From: Camelus dromedarius
Lineage: Eukaryota
Assembly (NCBI RefSeq): GCF_036321535.1
Contig: NC_087437.1
Location: 45,076,001 to 45,140,000 of the forward strand
Reading direction: 5' to 3'
Length of the DNA stretch: 64,000 nucleotides
The first letter of the stretch is position 1, and every line of letters starts with the position of its first letter. Below the pieces are notes generated by a model that worked only from the letters and a program-made list of their open reading frames with translations, did no database searches and had not been told where the DNA came from. A program made the position numbers and the translations under genes. Positions 51,811 to 64,000 of this stretch are shown in pieces.

Positions 51811-52999
51811 GTAAGTTTTCCATTTCAAATTTGCTTTACCTGCAATCACGAGTACTTTAATATTCATGTTCCATTGTGCTTTACGCAATGTTTACTGCTA
51901 TGAGTTTTTTGCTTTCTTCAAGGTATTATATTTTAAAGAGGGTAAGTTTTCATAAGGAAGGGAATGCTGTTTGCGAAATGGTCAGATGTGGGCTAGGCAG
52001 GCTCCCAGGAGTTAGTAAGATGGCAAAAAGATATTTGTCTCAGCATAACTTTCCTAGATAGATTTATTTTCTGTGGTATACATAATACTAAAATGTTTGA
52101 TTTAAACTGTTTCCATATTTGATTTTTTCCAAGAATAAAATTTTAATTCTGTTCATGTAAGTTGTTTCATTATGTTACAAATGGTTTGACAAACTCTCCA
52201 ACCCACTGATTGGCATTGGGGGCAGTTCTTATTTGTCTCAAGTCCAGATTTTCCAAGACAAACTACTTAAACTACTTTGTAAGATAGTTTCAATACATTC
52301 TAAAATATACTAAACATCTAAGTATCAGTGAAATGAAGAATTGAATTAAAGAAAAACTGAAATAAATAAGCAAGACGTTTAATAAAAATGTACACCAAAA
52401 AAGTTGCTGATTATAAAATATGGAGATACTGTTTGAAAAAATTAATAATTGCTCAAAAAAAAGCAAATATGCACATCAATACTGCTTTAATTCCACAACT
52501 AAATATATGTAATTTGCATATTAGTGGTGCTTGTCAAATCTTCCAAAAGGAAATTGTAAAGAACATAAATGACATCTCCTACATGAATGAAGCTGGTCAG
52601 GTATGACCTTAAAATAAATTGTCCTTGAAGGCAATTTTAGCTCTTAGGAACTTAGCCAAAGCATGAATGATTAGAGAGATTAAAAGAAAAAAAAAAAAAA
52701 AAGACTAACATAGCAAGCATTTCAAGAGAAGGGAAAAACTAGCAGCAAAAGTAGTTCCATTTCTTAGCATCTGGTTTTCAATTTCAAAACCTCAGGTTCA
52801 ACTAGCAACTCGAAAATTTAGAATGACCTGCCATGTACTTCAGAGGGCAGCCACTCAACACACATCTGTTGAATGAATGAACTGATAAAGATTAAATATG
52901 CTAAAAGTTAAGTCTGCAATAAATCAGTTTGGGGGAAAAAAACACTGTCTAATGGGTTGTTTGGAATTAGAACTTAAATACAATTAATAATAGTTACTA

Positions 53000-53450
53000 G
53001 TCAAACAATGAATATTTATTGAGACTTTGGTCCAATTGGTCCTAGAGATACTTTGAAAAAGACAAAGTAAACAGAAGGCGTTTCCTCCCCCATCCACCCA
53101 CCAAAATGTAAATACATGGAATGGTGTCAGTGTGACAGTACAGCAAAGAATTAAAGCAGGATCATGTCTTGTAGGATGGTCTCTGTGAGGTGGTGACATT
53201 TAATCTAGACTGTGAATGATAAGGAGAAAATAGCCATGTAAAGATTGGAAGAACATCACGACAGGCAAAATAAAAAGTTAGTGAAAGAGCCATTAAGTTA
53301 GAATACCTTTGCTATGTGTCACTGTCACGCTGAGCAGAAAGTAGGCAAGTGTGCCTGGAGGTTAGGGGGATAATTTATTAAAGGCCAAAGAGGATGGCAG
53401 GTTCAGATAATTCAAGAGCTTTTTAAGAAAGGAGATACGTGGGGTGCTGT
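53000..53450 (-). mobile_element. L2 remnant
   Basis: aatgaatatttattgagact... and ggatggtctctgtgaggtggtgacatttaatctagactgtgaatga. Confidence 0.65.
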
Positions 53451-56400
53451 TTCATGAAACGACGAAAGGAGTTTAAGAAGAATATCATTAACATCTTATA
53501 TTACAGAACATGATATTATTTACGTAGTACATCAATGAGTCTGGAGTTCTTAGAGAATTGAAACTAAAAACAGTTCAGTCTTTACCATATAGGTGTTTAA
53601 AACACAATTCTCTGGGATTTAAACCTAGAAAGACAATGGGGTAGAAGGGAAAGGCACCAGGAAAAGGAGTCTTCAGAGAAAGCTGGGACACTGGTTATAA
53701 TCACAAAGTGCAGAAAATATCTGATCTTTGACTTTGATTTATTTTTCTATTTCCCAATCAGTAATTTTTAGATAAGAAATTAAAATTATAAAATAAAACT
53801 GTCATAATGCTCTTTAATTTACCTACTGATTGTTTCAGTGAAAAGATGGGTCAGGAATCTTGCTATATATGTAATTTTATAGGAATTCATAGTATCATTG
53901 ACTTCATTGGGCTGTGGGGGTTTCACACATTTTTGAGCAGGATATTCAGAATCCAGAGTTTTTATTTTATTTTATTGTTTTATTTTATTTATTTTTAAAT
54001 TCCTGCCTGGGGTAGGGGGAAGTCTTTATGAACCAAGAAATATTTATGGAAACTTGAGTGTCGATTGATTGCAGATTGATTCATTTATTCTGACGTAAGA
54101 TCAAATAAGTAAAATAAATTTTAGTAATACTTTCTGATTTAATTTTGAAGTTTTTATTGACTGAGAAAATCGGTTGTTTGAGATAATATAGGGGGAGACA
54201 AGTCAATATTTCCAATTGTTCAGGTGAATTGTTTAGAGAATTATCTAATTTAGACATACCATATGTCTATAAAGGTATTTTAGCAAAAAGGTATTTTTGA
54301 ATTTAGGCTTATGTTTGTTTTTTAAAGTCACTCAGAAATTAAAATTGTCTGAGTAGGAAAAAATTAAATAATTTGATGGCCAATTTTATCTAACTTACTA
54401 ATTTTTAATTAAAATATATTTGGGACTTGAGTATTCTCCATGGATGAAACTTCCAGTAGGGCAATGAAATATGACTGCCTCCTCTGATGGACTTGCTACA
54501 TCATCCAAATATTCCAAGTGCACTTCCTCTGTGTCCAGTGGTTTAGTATAATTTTCAAGTCACCCTGATAGTCAAAGCACATTTTCACTTTATATGACAG
54601 AGTGGTCTAATTCGGAAGTGAAATTCATCATTTGAACAATAATACCTGAGCACGGACTACCTGTCAGTTTCGGTCATACGTGATCCTGGTGGTGACCACA
54701 CTGGGTGTTGTGCAGTTAGAACCAGATAGCGTCTGAGGAGGCTGACCATGCATGCAGTATTTGAATACATATTCTATAGAAACAAGTTTAGATCTTTTGA
54801 CATTTTAAAGTCAGCCATGAAATGTGGGATTGTAAGGGAACTTTCAAGTTATCCAGACTTATTTTTCAGAGCATGTGGAGTTCACTCCTGTGCCATCCTA
54901 GCTGAAGGCCTGCACATACTTATCCAGAGTTGAGCATTGGCAAGTGGTAGAAAATTTCTTGGTGGAGTGGCCCACTCTGTTGTTCAGCAACTGGACGTGG
55001 CCTGTAGCAATTTTATTCTTATGTTAATTGATTATTAGAGATTTTAGCTTGTTTTCAATTCTTCTTTATTTTCACATATATATTAACTCCTCCTGAGGAT
55101 TTTAGAATGTAACTTTAGTTTGTAACTCTACAGAAAAGTAACTATATCTTTTTAGTTTAATCATAGTTTTAATAAGGTAAAAGAGTCCACAGATTTTTAA
55201 AATATTTCTGCCATTTTAATTTTGTATGTGATTTGGTTTTCCTTAACTTTCCATATCTGTAAAAGATAAGCGCCATCACATACATATGTATTGTAAAACA
55301 TATTTGTATCTTTGTATTTGTATCAATGTCTATAAAGTATAAATGTAAACTCCAAGAACGTGCAGCTTATTATTAAGTAGTGTTTAACTTTTTTAAAAGA
55401 CCAGAATTGGATCAAACTTGCAAAATTTGATTTTTTAAAACTGCTATTGCATTAGATTTCTGGCTATATTTATACTTTGCAAGTGTTGGGATTATGCTGA
55501 TTTTTTTTTTATAATGAGGAAGCTGTTCTTCCAGATTTATGGGCTACATCATTAAAGAGATGAGTTTACATGTAGAACAGATTATTTTTTATTCTTAATT
55601 TTATATTTTTGAGAGTTAGACCAGATTTTTAAGTTCCCAAGGGTTTATGCATGCTTATGTTAAGAGCCATAAAGGAAAAAGCTCTTGCATCTTATATAAA
55701 TAGATTTATTTACTTGTTTAGCATTCAGAGATTATGCAGCTATTGTGTGCCAAAAAGCTATAATATTTTCATAGAAAATTTAGTGTTTCTTCTTGCTGAG
55801 TACTGTAATTGATATGATAAAAATAGAGGAAATTCTTCCATATAGTTACACTGAATGAGGTTTGAGCCTAGCGTATTTATTGTCATGGTAATATGAAGAA
55901 ATGTTCGTATCCTGCCCCTATAAGATTACCAAAATGTGAGAGGCAGAGCTTTTTGCTGTATATCCATCTATCAAATCAACAAGTAGCTTAAGGAAGAAAC
56001 AAGCATGTACAACCAAGTATTGCAACAGCTTTTCTACCATCTATACTTGACGTATCTCTGGGGGAAGGCAGGAAGATAAATGAAAGAGATAACACAACAT
56101 TGTAGCTTGAGAGTGTTATCATTTATTATCCAGATCATGACCTCAAGATTAAAATAAGAGAGATGATGTATGACATAGAAATGCTGATTTGGACCATCCT
56201 ATTTCAAGGAATACATTTGTTATTTTAGTGGAGTCACTGTTGATTTTTCCTGAGGACAAACTCAAGATTTTTTTTTTAAGTTAGTAAGAACTTAATACAT
56301 TTTTACAGTGCATGTGTTTTTTATACTGATAAAATTCTGAGGCTATTTGATCTAAGCACTTTAAAAATATTTTTATGGCGTTTTTCATTTTAAAACTACC

Positions 56401-57179
56401 TTATCCTATCGTCCAAATTAGTTGTATTTACATCAGTGTGAAAGTCTCTAAATTTATTTATTTAATTACACTGTACACTAGGAAAATTTTGAAGAAATAC
56501 TTTTTCATACGCTTTTCCAACAGCAAAATGAAATGTGAGAGTCAGTTTGTCACAGTAGTGAAGAATTTAAAACAGTGAGTAGAAAAAAACAATGAAACAA
56601 TCAAAACATTCTCAGGATGAAAAATGCTTCTGAAAAATAAACCGTATCTCATGTAAGTGCAATCAATTCTATTATCACCATATTAAAGATCTCCCTGATC
56701 TTTAGGGGAGTGCTACATGCATTGCCCCGTACCGCTGTTACCCATGTGGCCTCTCTATTTTGTTAAAACCCTTTTAACCTTTATCAGCCATGACCCAGAA
56801 TCCAAAAATCTCCCAGGCTTACTAATCTCTCTAATATCTACTTATTTTCTGGCAGTTGTATTTTGTATTTGTCTAATATATCCTCCCTATACATATTGAG
56901 TCCTTTTGATTTATATGATACAAAGATCATTGTTTTCCAATTGAATGTCCATCAGATATTTCATGTTTGGTGACCAATAACCTTTGAATCTCATCTGAAA
57001 TAGAAATAAAACTGATGATTATGTGTGCTTGTCTATGTCTCTCTCACACCAGGACTTTGCATCAGGTGATTTCTCACCGATGAGATTCATCAGTGGGTCC
57101 ACGCCACTGAGCATGAAGAACATTTCTAGATGTTGGTACTTAGCTACCAGTCTCAGTAATGCTCTCCTAACAACGATCT

Positions 57180-57330
57180 AGGCGGGAGATCTTGTAATCC
57201 TTCTAATATACATATGAGGAAATTGAATGCAGGTGAGATTTAGTGAATTTCCACAGACTTATAGCAAAGAAATGATGGAGCTGTGACTCAGTCCATGCTG
57301 TTCCACCTAGAGGAAGTGTCCTTTCACACT
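57180..57330 (-). mobile_element. MIR/MIR3 fragment
   Basis: tacatatgaggaaattgaatgcaggtgagatttagtgaatttccacagacttatagc. Confidence 0.55.
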
Positions 57331-57830
57331 AGGCATGCTGCATCAGGTGGCACTTTCAGTATCTGGAAGCCAGCCTGTCATAGGAGGGGTTCTGAAACCC
57401 GACTGGCTCCTTCAGCTTAAGTTCCGATCCTCATCCTCCTTCGGTTTAATTGTTATTTTGCTACAGGAAGGCTTTTTTTTGTTTTCCTTAAGGGGGAACA
57501 CAGAATGTCAGATTTGGTTATAAAATTATATGAATAATTTTAAGCAAACAAAGAACATTTAAGGTAGAGCCTCTTGTCAGTGTTCTTTAGTCAAAACACT
57601 AGACCCCCTCCCGGAGTTGAGTTGAACGTGTTTGGTTTATTACTTGTTGCACCAGACAATTAAATTTTGTGGAGACAGAAAAAAAAATATATATATATAT
57701 ATATAAAACATAGAAAATTACACGAGGAAACTTGTTACCACAGTCCAGTGCTTTGAAGTCAGTCAAATATTTAAATAATTGAAGATATATCTGTTACAGG
57801 CTATATTCCTCATACTGAGCTAAGCCTTGG

Positions 57831-57938
57831 CTACCTGTCTGTCTGTCTATCTTTCTATTTATGTATGTATGTATGTATGTATGTATGTATGTATGTATGT
57901 ATCAATCATCAATCTATTTATCTACCTACCTACCTATT
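57831..57938. repeat. Compound tetranucleotide microsatellite with a (ATGT)10 core
   Basis: ctgt/ctat units, (atgt)10 at 57861-57900, then ctac units. Confidence 0.9.
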
Positions 57939-59399
57939 TAAGTATAGACATTTTGGCTTAAAAGATGAGATAACTGCCTGATAGCTTTTATGTACAGCTT
58001 TGATTTGGTGCATCTAAAAGCTTTGTGCATCTTCACTAATCTCTGCATTATAAACATCTTACAGCTTTTGTCCCTTTGTGTCCACCGATTTCTGAAGCAG
58101 GGAAATCACTGCCTTGGAGCACTTCTTTCACATTAGCAATTATTCCCTGAGTTTATGGAATAGAAATATAGTAGAAGACACTGATTTTAAAATGCTAATT
58201 GACTTCAAATATCTACTAAGAAGCCCAATTAGCAAAAAACTAAACACTTTGACAAAAGAAGTAATAAAACCTACAGTAGCTGTGGGGGCTTAGGTATTTG
58301 ACACTCTGATTAATTTGAACATTTCCAATTTACTTTGGCGAGTATGGGTAATTAAAGATAAGCTGGGGGCATATTTCTTTATCCCCTCATTCTAAATCTT
58401 CACGAAGCAGGACTCGTTATTTAAATTGTCCATACCTCCTGATCCTCTACACTTATCCTTGCTACTGCAATCTTTACAAAGTGAAACAGATCATACTTTA
58501 ATGCTGGTAGATCAATTTTCAGTTATTTGTATATGTGGGAACAGATTTTAAAATATCCACTAGTCTTACAAAGAAAAAGCTCATTTTCAATGCTTCTAAG
58601 AAATCACAATTATGAGACTGCTAAAAAGTAGCATCTCAAAAAGTGACATCGAGTGTTTCTGAAATCCTGACTTAAATGATCAACGGTCTACAAGAGTAGA
58701 GGAAAACTTGTATAAGGAAGGATATTATCCATAAAAGACAGGCCTTGAGAATTTCTTCCACATACAGTGCAACCAAGATCAGACTGAAAGGAACAGCATG
58801 AATCAACGCACAACTGACCTTCTTGAGAAGATGATGTTTTAGCCACAGGATGTAAACAGAGCACAATTTGGCCAAAATGTCCTACACCTAGCATTCTCTT
58901 TTTGGCAGGCTGGGTCTCGCTGCTGACACTAAATACCACCTAAAGTTAAGACAAAGGCCACTTTCCTTGGGACAGCACATGAACAAGCTGCATTAGGTTT
59001 TCCAAAAGCAACCTGACCACCTCTATTAGAAAGTATCCCAGGTGCAAAGAATTTGCCTCAAAAGGCTCTGTACTGAGTGAAGCTGAAAATGGCCCCATGA
59101 CGTACCTACAGTGGAAATTGGACCAAAGAGAAAAAATATCTTAAATACACAAATACCCGGGCACAGTGGCTAACTAGACCCCAAGAAAAGATCAAATAGA
59201 GAAATGTCATTCTGAAGATAGAAGAGCCCATGTTCTCAGCCTCACCAGTGCCTGGATCCTGGTCCTGGTCCTGGACTCTTAACAGTAACTAATCAACCAG
59301 CCACACAGGTGGAGGACAAAAGGCCATGAAAAGGGGTGGAGGTCACTGAGACACTGAGAAAGTTTGGTCTAATACATCCACAGTGAATTTGAGTTAAAT

Positions 59400-60035
59400 A
59401 AGCAGAATGCAGAGAATAATTCTTTTTGTAATTACCCCTGGAACATTACCAAATTTTGATTACATTGCTTTCACATATCTGAAAACTCAATACATCTGAA
59501 TAATCAACCCTGTAACCACATATTTTGGCCAAAATATAATAAAACTGGAAATTAATGGCATAAAGATATGAAACATTGCAACTCATACATATAAAAAATT
59601 CACTTTAAAAAATTCTTATAAATGGTAACTTATTTAGGTAATTGAATTCAATGAAAGTAATACATATAATAATGTATGAGATACAGCCAAATCTATAATC
59701 AGAATAATCAGCTCTAAATAGTTTATTTATTAAACTGTTCATATTTCATGTTTATGAAAGAAGTCTAAGTATTCCCCTTAAGATTATAAGTAGTATGAAT
59801 ATGGGTGGATTATAAAGGATGGAATTAAATAAATCCAGGAGCTGGATGAACTATAAAGGGCAGAATTAATAAATATATCTAAGAACTCTGAAATGGCCAA
59901 TATAAAACAACACAAACAAAAATTCTCTCTTATGATTCATCAATAAAAAAGAAAAACACAATATTGAGAATGAGAAAGAGCTTAAAATCTCAGATAAAGA
60001 AGCAATGAAAAAAAAGTCTCTTAAAAAATATAATT
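59400..60035 (+). mobile_element. Decayed L1 ORF2 (endonuclease/linker) remnant
   Basis: cctggaacattaccaaattttgattacattg...aataaaactggaaattaat...tatgagatacagccaaa. Confidence 0.55.
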
Positions 60036-60514
60036 TTTACTCCTGGTACTAAGGCAGAGCAGTACGCCCTCAAAGGTCCTTCTCCAGAGCACATCTAGAA
60101 TGTGGGTAAATTACAGCAAAGATGCATTTTAAAACTCTTAGGCTTTATAGACAGTCATGGAAATCGACCCTTTCCACCAAAAAAGAATATGAAACTGTAA
60201 ATGAAACAGGAAGTACAGAAGGTTAACACAATCTCAAAGAGGGGTTTGTCTTTTGGGAAAATGTCTACATCTGAACAGAAATGGAATTTTGTGCTTTGTG
60301 CCTTTGGGTAGGAGGTGGAGACTCCTCTACACCTGGAACTTTGAAAGTGAAAAGCAGTGAACAGCAGTGCAGGAAAAAAACTCCTTGCTGGAAGAAGACA
60401 AGATGTCGAACCTCAGGATTAGTACAAAATATAGCACATAGTTTAAAACAATGCCAAACACATAACGACAAGCTGCTTTAAGTGACTCTCACTAAATGGA
60501 ATTCAAATGTTACA

Positions 60515-61170
60515 ACACCCATGGAGATGAATTTGGTACTATTTATCAAAATTGCATATGCATCTACTTTTTACTAATTCTACTTCTAGCAAACTATCTC
60601 TAGATACACTAGCAAACATACATAATGACATAGGCACAGAATAGTGTGGCTCTATTTATAGTAACTAAAGACTGAAACTACTTCCATGTTACCAATATGG
60701 ACTGGTGAAATCAAATCTGCTTATTCTGTAAATAGATTTTTATGAATATATGAAAAGGATTGAGGAAGGTCTTTATATATTGGGCATGGAATGATTGCTA
60801 GGATACTTTTTTTAAGTGGAAAAGAAAAGGTGAAATTTTCATAGTGTTCTTCATACAAAACATCTTTTTTCAAATGGAAAGAGAAATATATGTGTCTGTG
60901 TTTGCATGTGTATCTGTATCTGATATGTAGATGCATGTCTTGATTTCTTATATTTTCTAAGAAAAGTGATAGCAGAATAAGCAAAAAACTAATAAATGCA
61001 CAGCAATATAAGTAATGAGGAACCAGGCATGAAAGTGAGACTTCTATGGACTGAACTTGCTTTATGTTTTTGATTTTAGAGTAACTTAAAATTTTACATA
61101 ATTAAAGATACATCAAAAGAAAATAAAGCAATGCCTAAAAATTGAAAGTGAATAGAAAAAAATGTGCATA
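60515..61170 (+). mobile_element. Very old L1 (L1MC4/L1ME-type) 3' part
   Basis: aatttggtactatttatcaaaattgcatatgcatctac...aattctacttctag...ggcatggaatgattgctaggatacttttttaagtggaaaag. Confidence 0.6.
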
Positions 61171-62519
61171 TCTAGTTCTCTCAGAATAAGAATGATTTTT
61201 TAAGTAAATATTTTTATAGATAATTTTGCTGTTCTATTTGACATTTCATTTGCTAGAATTCATATGAGGAAATTTCCAGATAATGAGTTTTTTTTGTAAT
61301 CTTCATTTTATAGTAAAAAAAAAAAAATATACACAAAATATCTTTCCCACAATTCCATCATTCAGTCATGTATTCTTCCACTGAACAAAAAACTCCTGTG
61401 AATGAGTCATACAGGACAGGAGAAAGTGGTCCCTGTGCTCTCAGTTACAATCATTCCTTCACCTCACACTATATTTCCTGTTATTATTTCATTGTTTCTG
61501 AAATTCAAATGTCTGAGTCTTGCTCCTGGAAAGGTAACCAAGGACAGTGTTAATCTCACAAAAATAGAAATTTCTGGATACAAAGCAAGCAACACTCTAC
61601 ATAGAGTTTAAAATTTAATACAGTTAAATAGAAAGATACTATGAAGCTGTATATTACTAGTATTAACATGTAGTCATTATTGAAAGAATATAATTATTTT
61701 CTTTTCAGCATTAAGATTTTAATTAATTTTATTGATGCATGAAAAGATTTTACTCATAATATATAATCTTCAAAAATTATATAGAGATTTTTGCATTCTT
61801 TTGATGCCTTTGAAATGATTAAACTGTGTCTTTTTTCTCTCTAGGTAATAATTTTCTATATTATGGCTGTCTTCCCTACAACAAATTTTCATTAGAAAAT
61901 AGATTTAGAAAATTATGGTACTTGGAATTCTATCATCATCTCACTCACTGGAATTATGTAACACAGTTGCCTAACAGAATTTGGCTGATTGCTTAAACAT
62001 CAGATCAAGCAAATGGAAAATAAAAGCAATAGAAACAGTTTGATTTCTTCCATGTGAGCTCTCCAAATATCATGCCACTAGTGAAACCACTTTGTAAAAC
62101 AGCATAAGAAACTGTGAGTTAGAAATGCAAAAACTGATCAAAGACTAGAGGAATCATTACTGAAAATTTTCCTCTGGAGGAAAAAGAGTAGGTGGGCTTG
62201 AATTAAATATATGTGGGCAGAGCCAGGACACGGAAGACTAAAGAAAGAAATGTTCTCTAAAACCTACACGTTGGAAGATGGACAGATTATACCCTGGCTC
62301 AGAAAAGCTTTGAGAATCTGAAAAGAGACACCTTGGGGAAGAAGTCTGTGGGACTGCAGCTTCTACTTGGCCTCTCAGCAGGTTCACTGAGATTTTCTAT
62401 GATAAAATTAATAAAAATAGTATCTCCACAAAAGTGTTTGTCATGATATCTCAGTAAAGCTGGGGTGAAAAAAAAACTTTATCGGGATCCAGTCCTTTCT
62501 TTTCAGAGAAAAAAATGTC

Positions 62520-62960
62520 TTTTTAAAGCACTACTTTCAATATCAAAAACTGGAAACCAGCTAAATAGCCATTATTGTGGGAATGGTCAATAAAATACAT
62601 TCATACTAAACAGCTATAAGAAAGCAGCCCTTAATAAGAATGTGATACACAGGCACATTCACCTGGGAAAGTAGCAATGATACATTTTTAATGAAAATTA
62701 CAGAATAATATATATATATAATGGTTCATTTTTATAAAAGCAAAATCTGTATGTGTGTATGCACGTATGTGCGTAAGTGTGCTAACAAAGTATACAAAAT
62801 AATCAGCTGAATATAATACACTAGACTGTTAACAGTACGTGGAGGAGGGTAGGTCTGGGTTAGTCTGGGTTAGAGTTAGGGCACTGATATTGGGAAATTG
62901 AAAGTCTAAAGATGAGAACTCACTCTTTTTTAAACTGAAAAAATTTTGAGAGGGCTATTT
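62520..62960 (+). mobile_element. Very old L1ME-type 3' fragment
   Basis: gcactactttcaatatcaaaaactggaaaccagctaaatagccattattgtgggaatggtcaataaaatac. Confidence 0.55.
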
Positions 62961-64000
62961 TTAAATTTTCTGTGTTTTTAGTAGTTTAAAACCTTTAAAA
63001 ATATTTGGCTTATTAATAATGTCTTACTTTGAAGAGATTTTTCTCTCTTAATATTTCCTATCTTGTACTGTCAAATTTTTACTTCTCTTTCCCTCCTGGT
63101 TTCCTTCCCTCAGCTTTAAAAAACATTCAAGTTTTCTCCCAAATGGTAGAAAAAAAAATCTCTCAATCCCGTGTCACCTTTTAACAAACTATTTCTACCT
63201 GCTTAGTTCTCTGGAATCTTTTGAACATGTTTTCAAAGATCTGTTGGGAAAAATTATGTAATTGCTCTGTATGTCTTTGCTATCCTAACTCGAGAACTCT
63301 AAATTCCCAAACAAGTAAATATCAGCTTTCAAGCACACTGGTTTGCATTTTATACAATCTGCTTCCAAGGCAACTAAATGCTTAAGATGGCAAATCTCAT
63401 CTTGGCTATGTGGTTGGCCATCTTTGTTCATTTATATGCTAATTCAAATGGAAAGCAATATGATATAATGATGATGGTTATTCCAGAAGACTGCGAGCTT
63501 AATACCTTTTTAACACATAATTTAATATTATAATTCAGAGACCAGCAGTAAAACTTGATGCCTTCTGTTGTTTTGCAAATTTGTTGATTATTTCCTTAAG
63601 GAAATAGTGTCAAACACGGACTTCTCAGTTGAAAGGGCAGCAAGGTCTTAAAATCCGTTCTGGCTCATTGGGCTACTTAGTTACACACACAAATGTTGGA
63701 CTAAGTTAAGTGACTGTGTAAAACAACAAGAAAAAAAATGAATAATGAGATATAATGTGGAGTTCTGCCCACTCACCATATAGCACAGTATTCATAAGTG
63801 AAACAGCTATTCTTTAATTCTTTAATTACAAAGCTCAAAAAAAGAGTGATTATTTTGGTTTTAAAGAAACTTTCAATAAAAATCCATGATCAAAACATTT
63901 AACTAGTAATCCTTTTTATCACTAATGGACTAATAGTTTTATTAAATTACTTTATAAACATTAAATTGATTTTAAAATCCTGTCTGTGCAGATAGTAAAC

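Noticed and set aside
58672..58939. Overlapping minus-strand ORFs as a processed pseudogene
   Set aside because: No recognisable protein, poly-A tail or TSD.

Overview
AT-rich, repeat-dense mammalian genomic DNA, probably intergenic or within a large intron. It has no complete protein-coding gene, no rRNA/tRNA and no prokaryotic features. Nearly all ORFs in the track are spurious or decayed LINE-1 remnants. Ancient eutherian repeats are present (L2, MIR, L3/CR1, MER5/MER20, MLT1, MER21, MER34/39-like, L1M). The younger L1 3' ends are of cetartiodactyl type, and no Alu, Bov-tA, PRE-1 or Can-SINE was recognised, so a camelid source is inferred. Repeat family names come from recalled consensus sequences, not from a search, and boundaries are approximate. 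I found no convincing novel biological system. The best leads are: (1) a probable first/alternative exon with a perfect splice donor at 51810 in a repeat-poor block; (2) a minus-strand solo LTR at ~7.19-7.56 kb with CCAAT/CRE/TATA motifs, an internal splice donor and a CpG-rich flank; (3) an L1 with both ends but ~2.5 kb of ORF2 missing; (4) two twin-primed L1 insertions and one non-canonical internal L1 fragment; (5) a perfect 52-bp tandem duplication.
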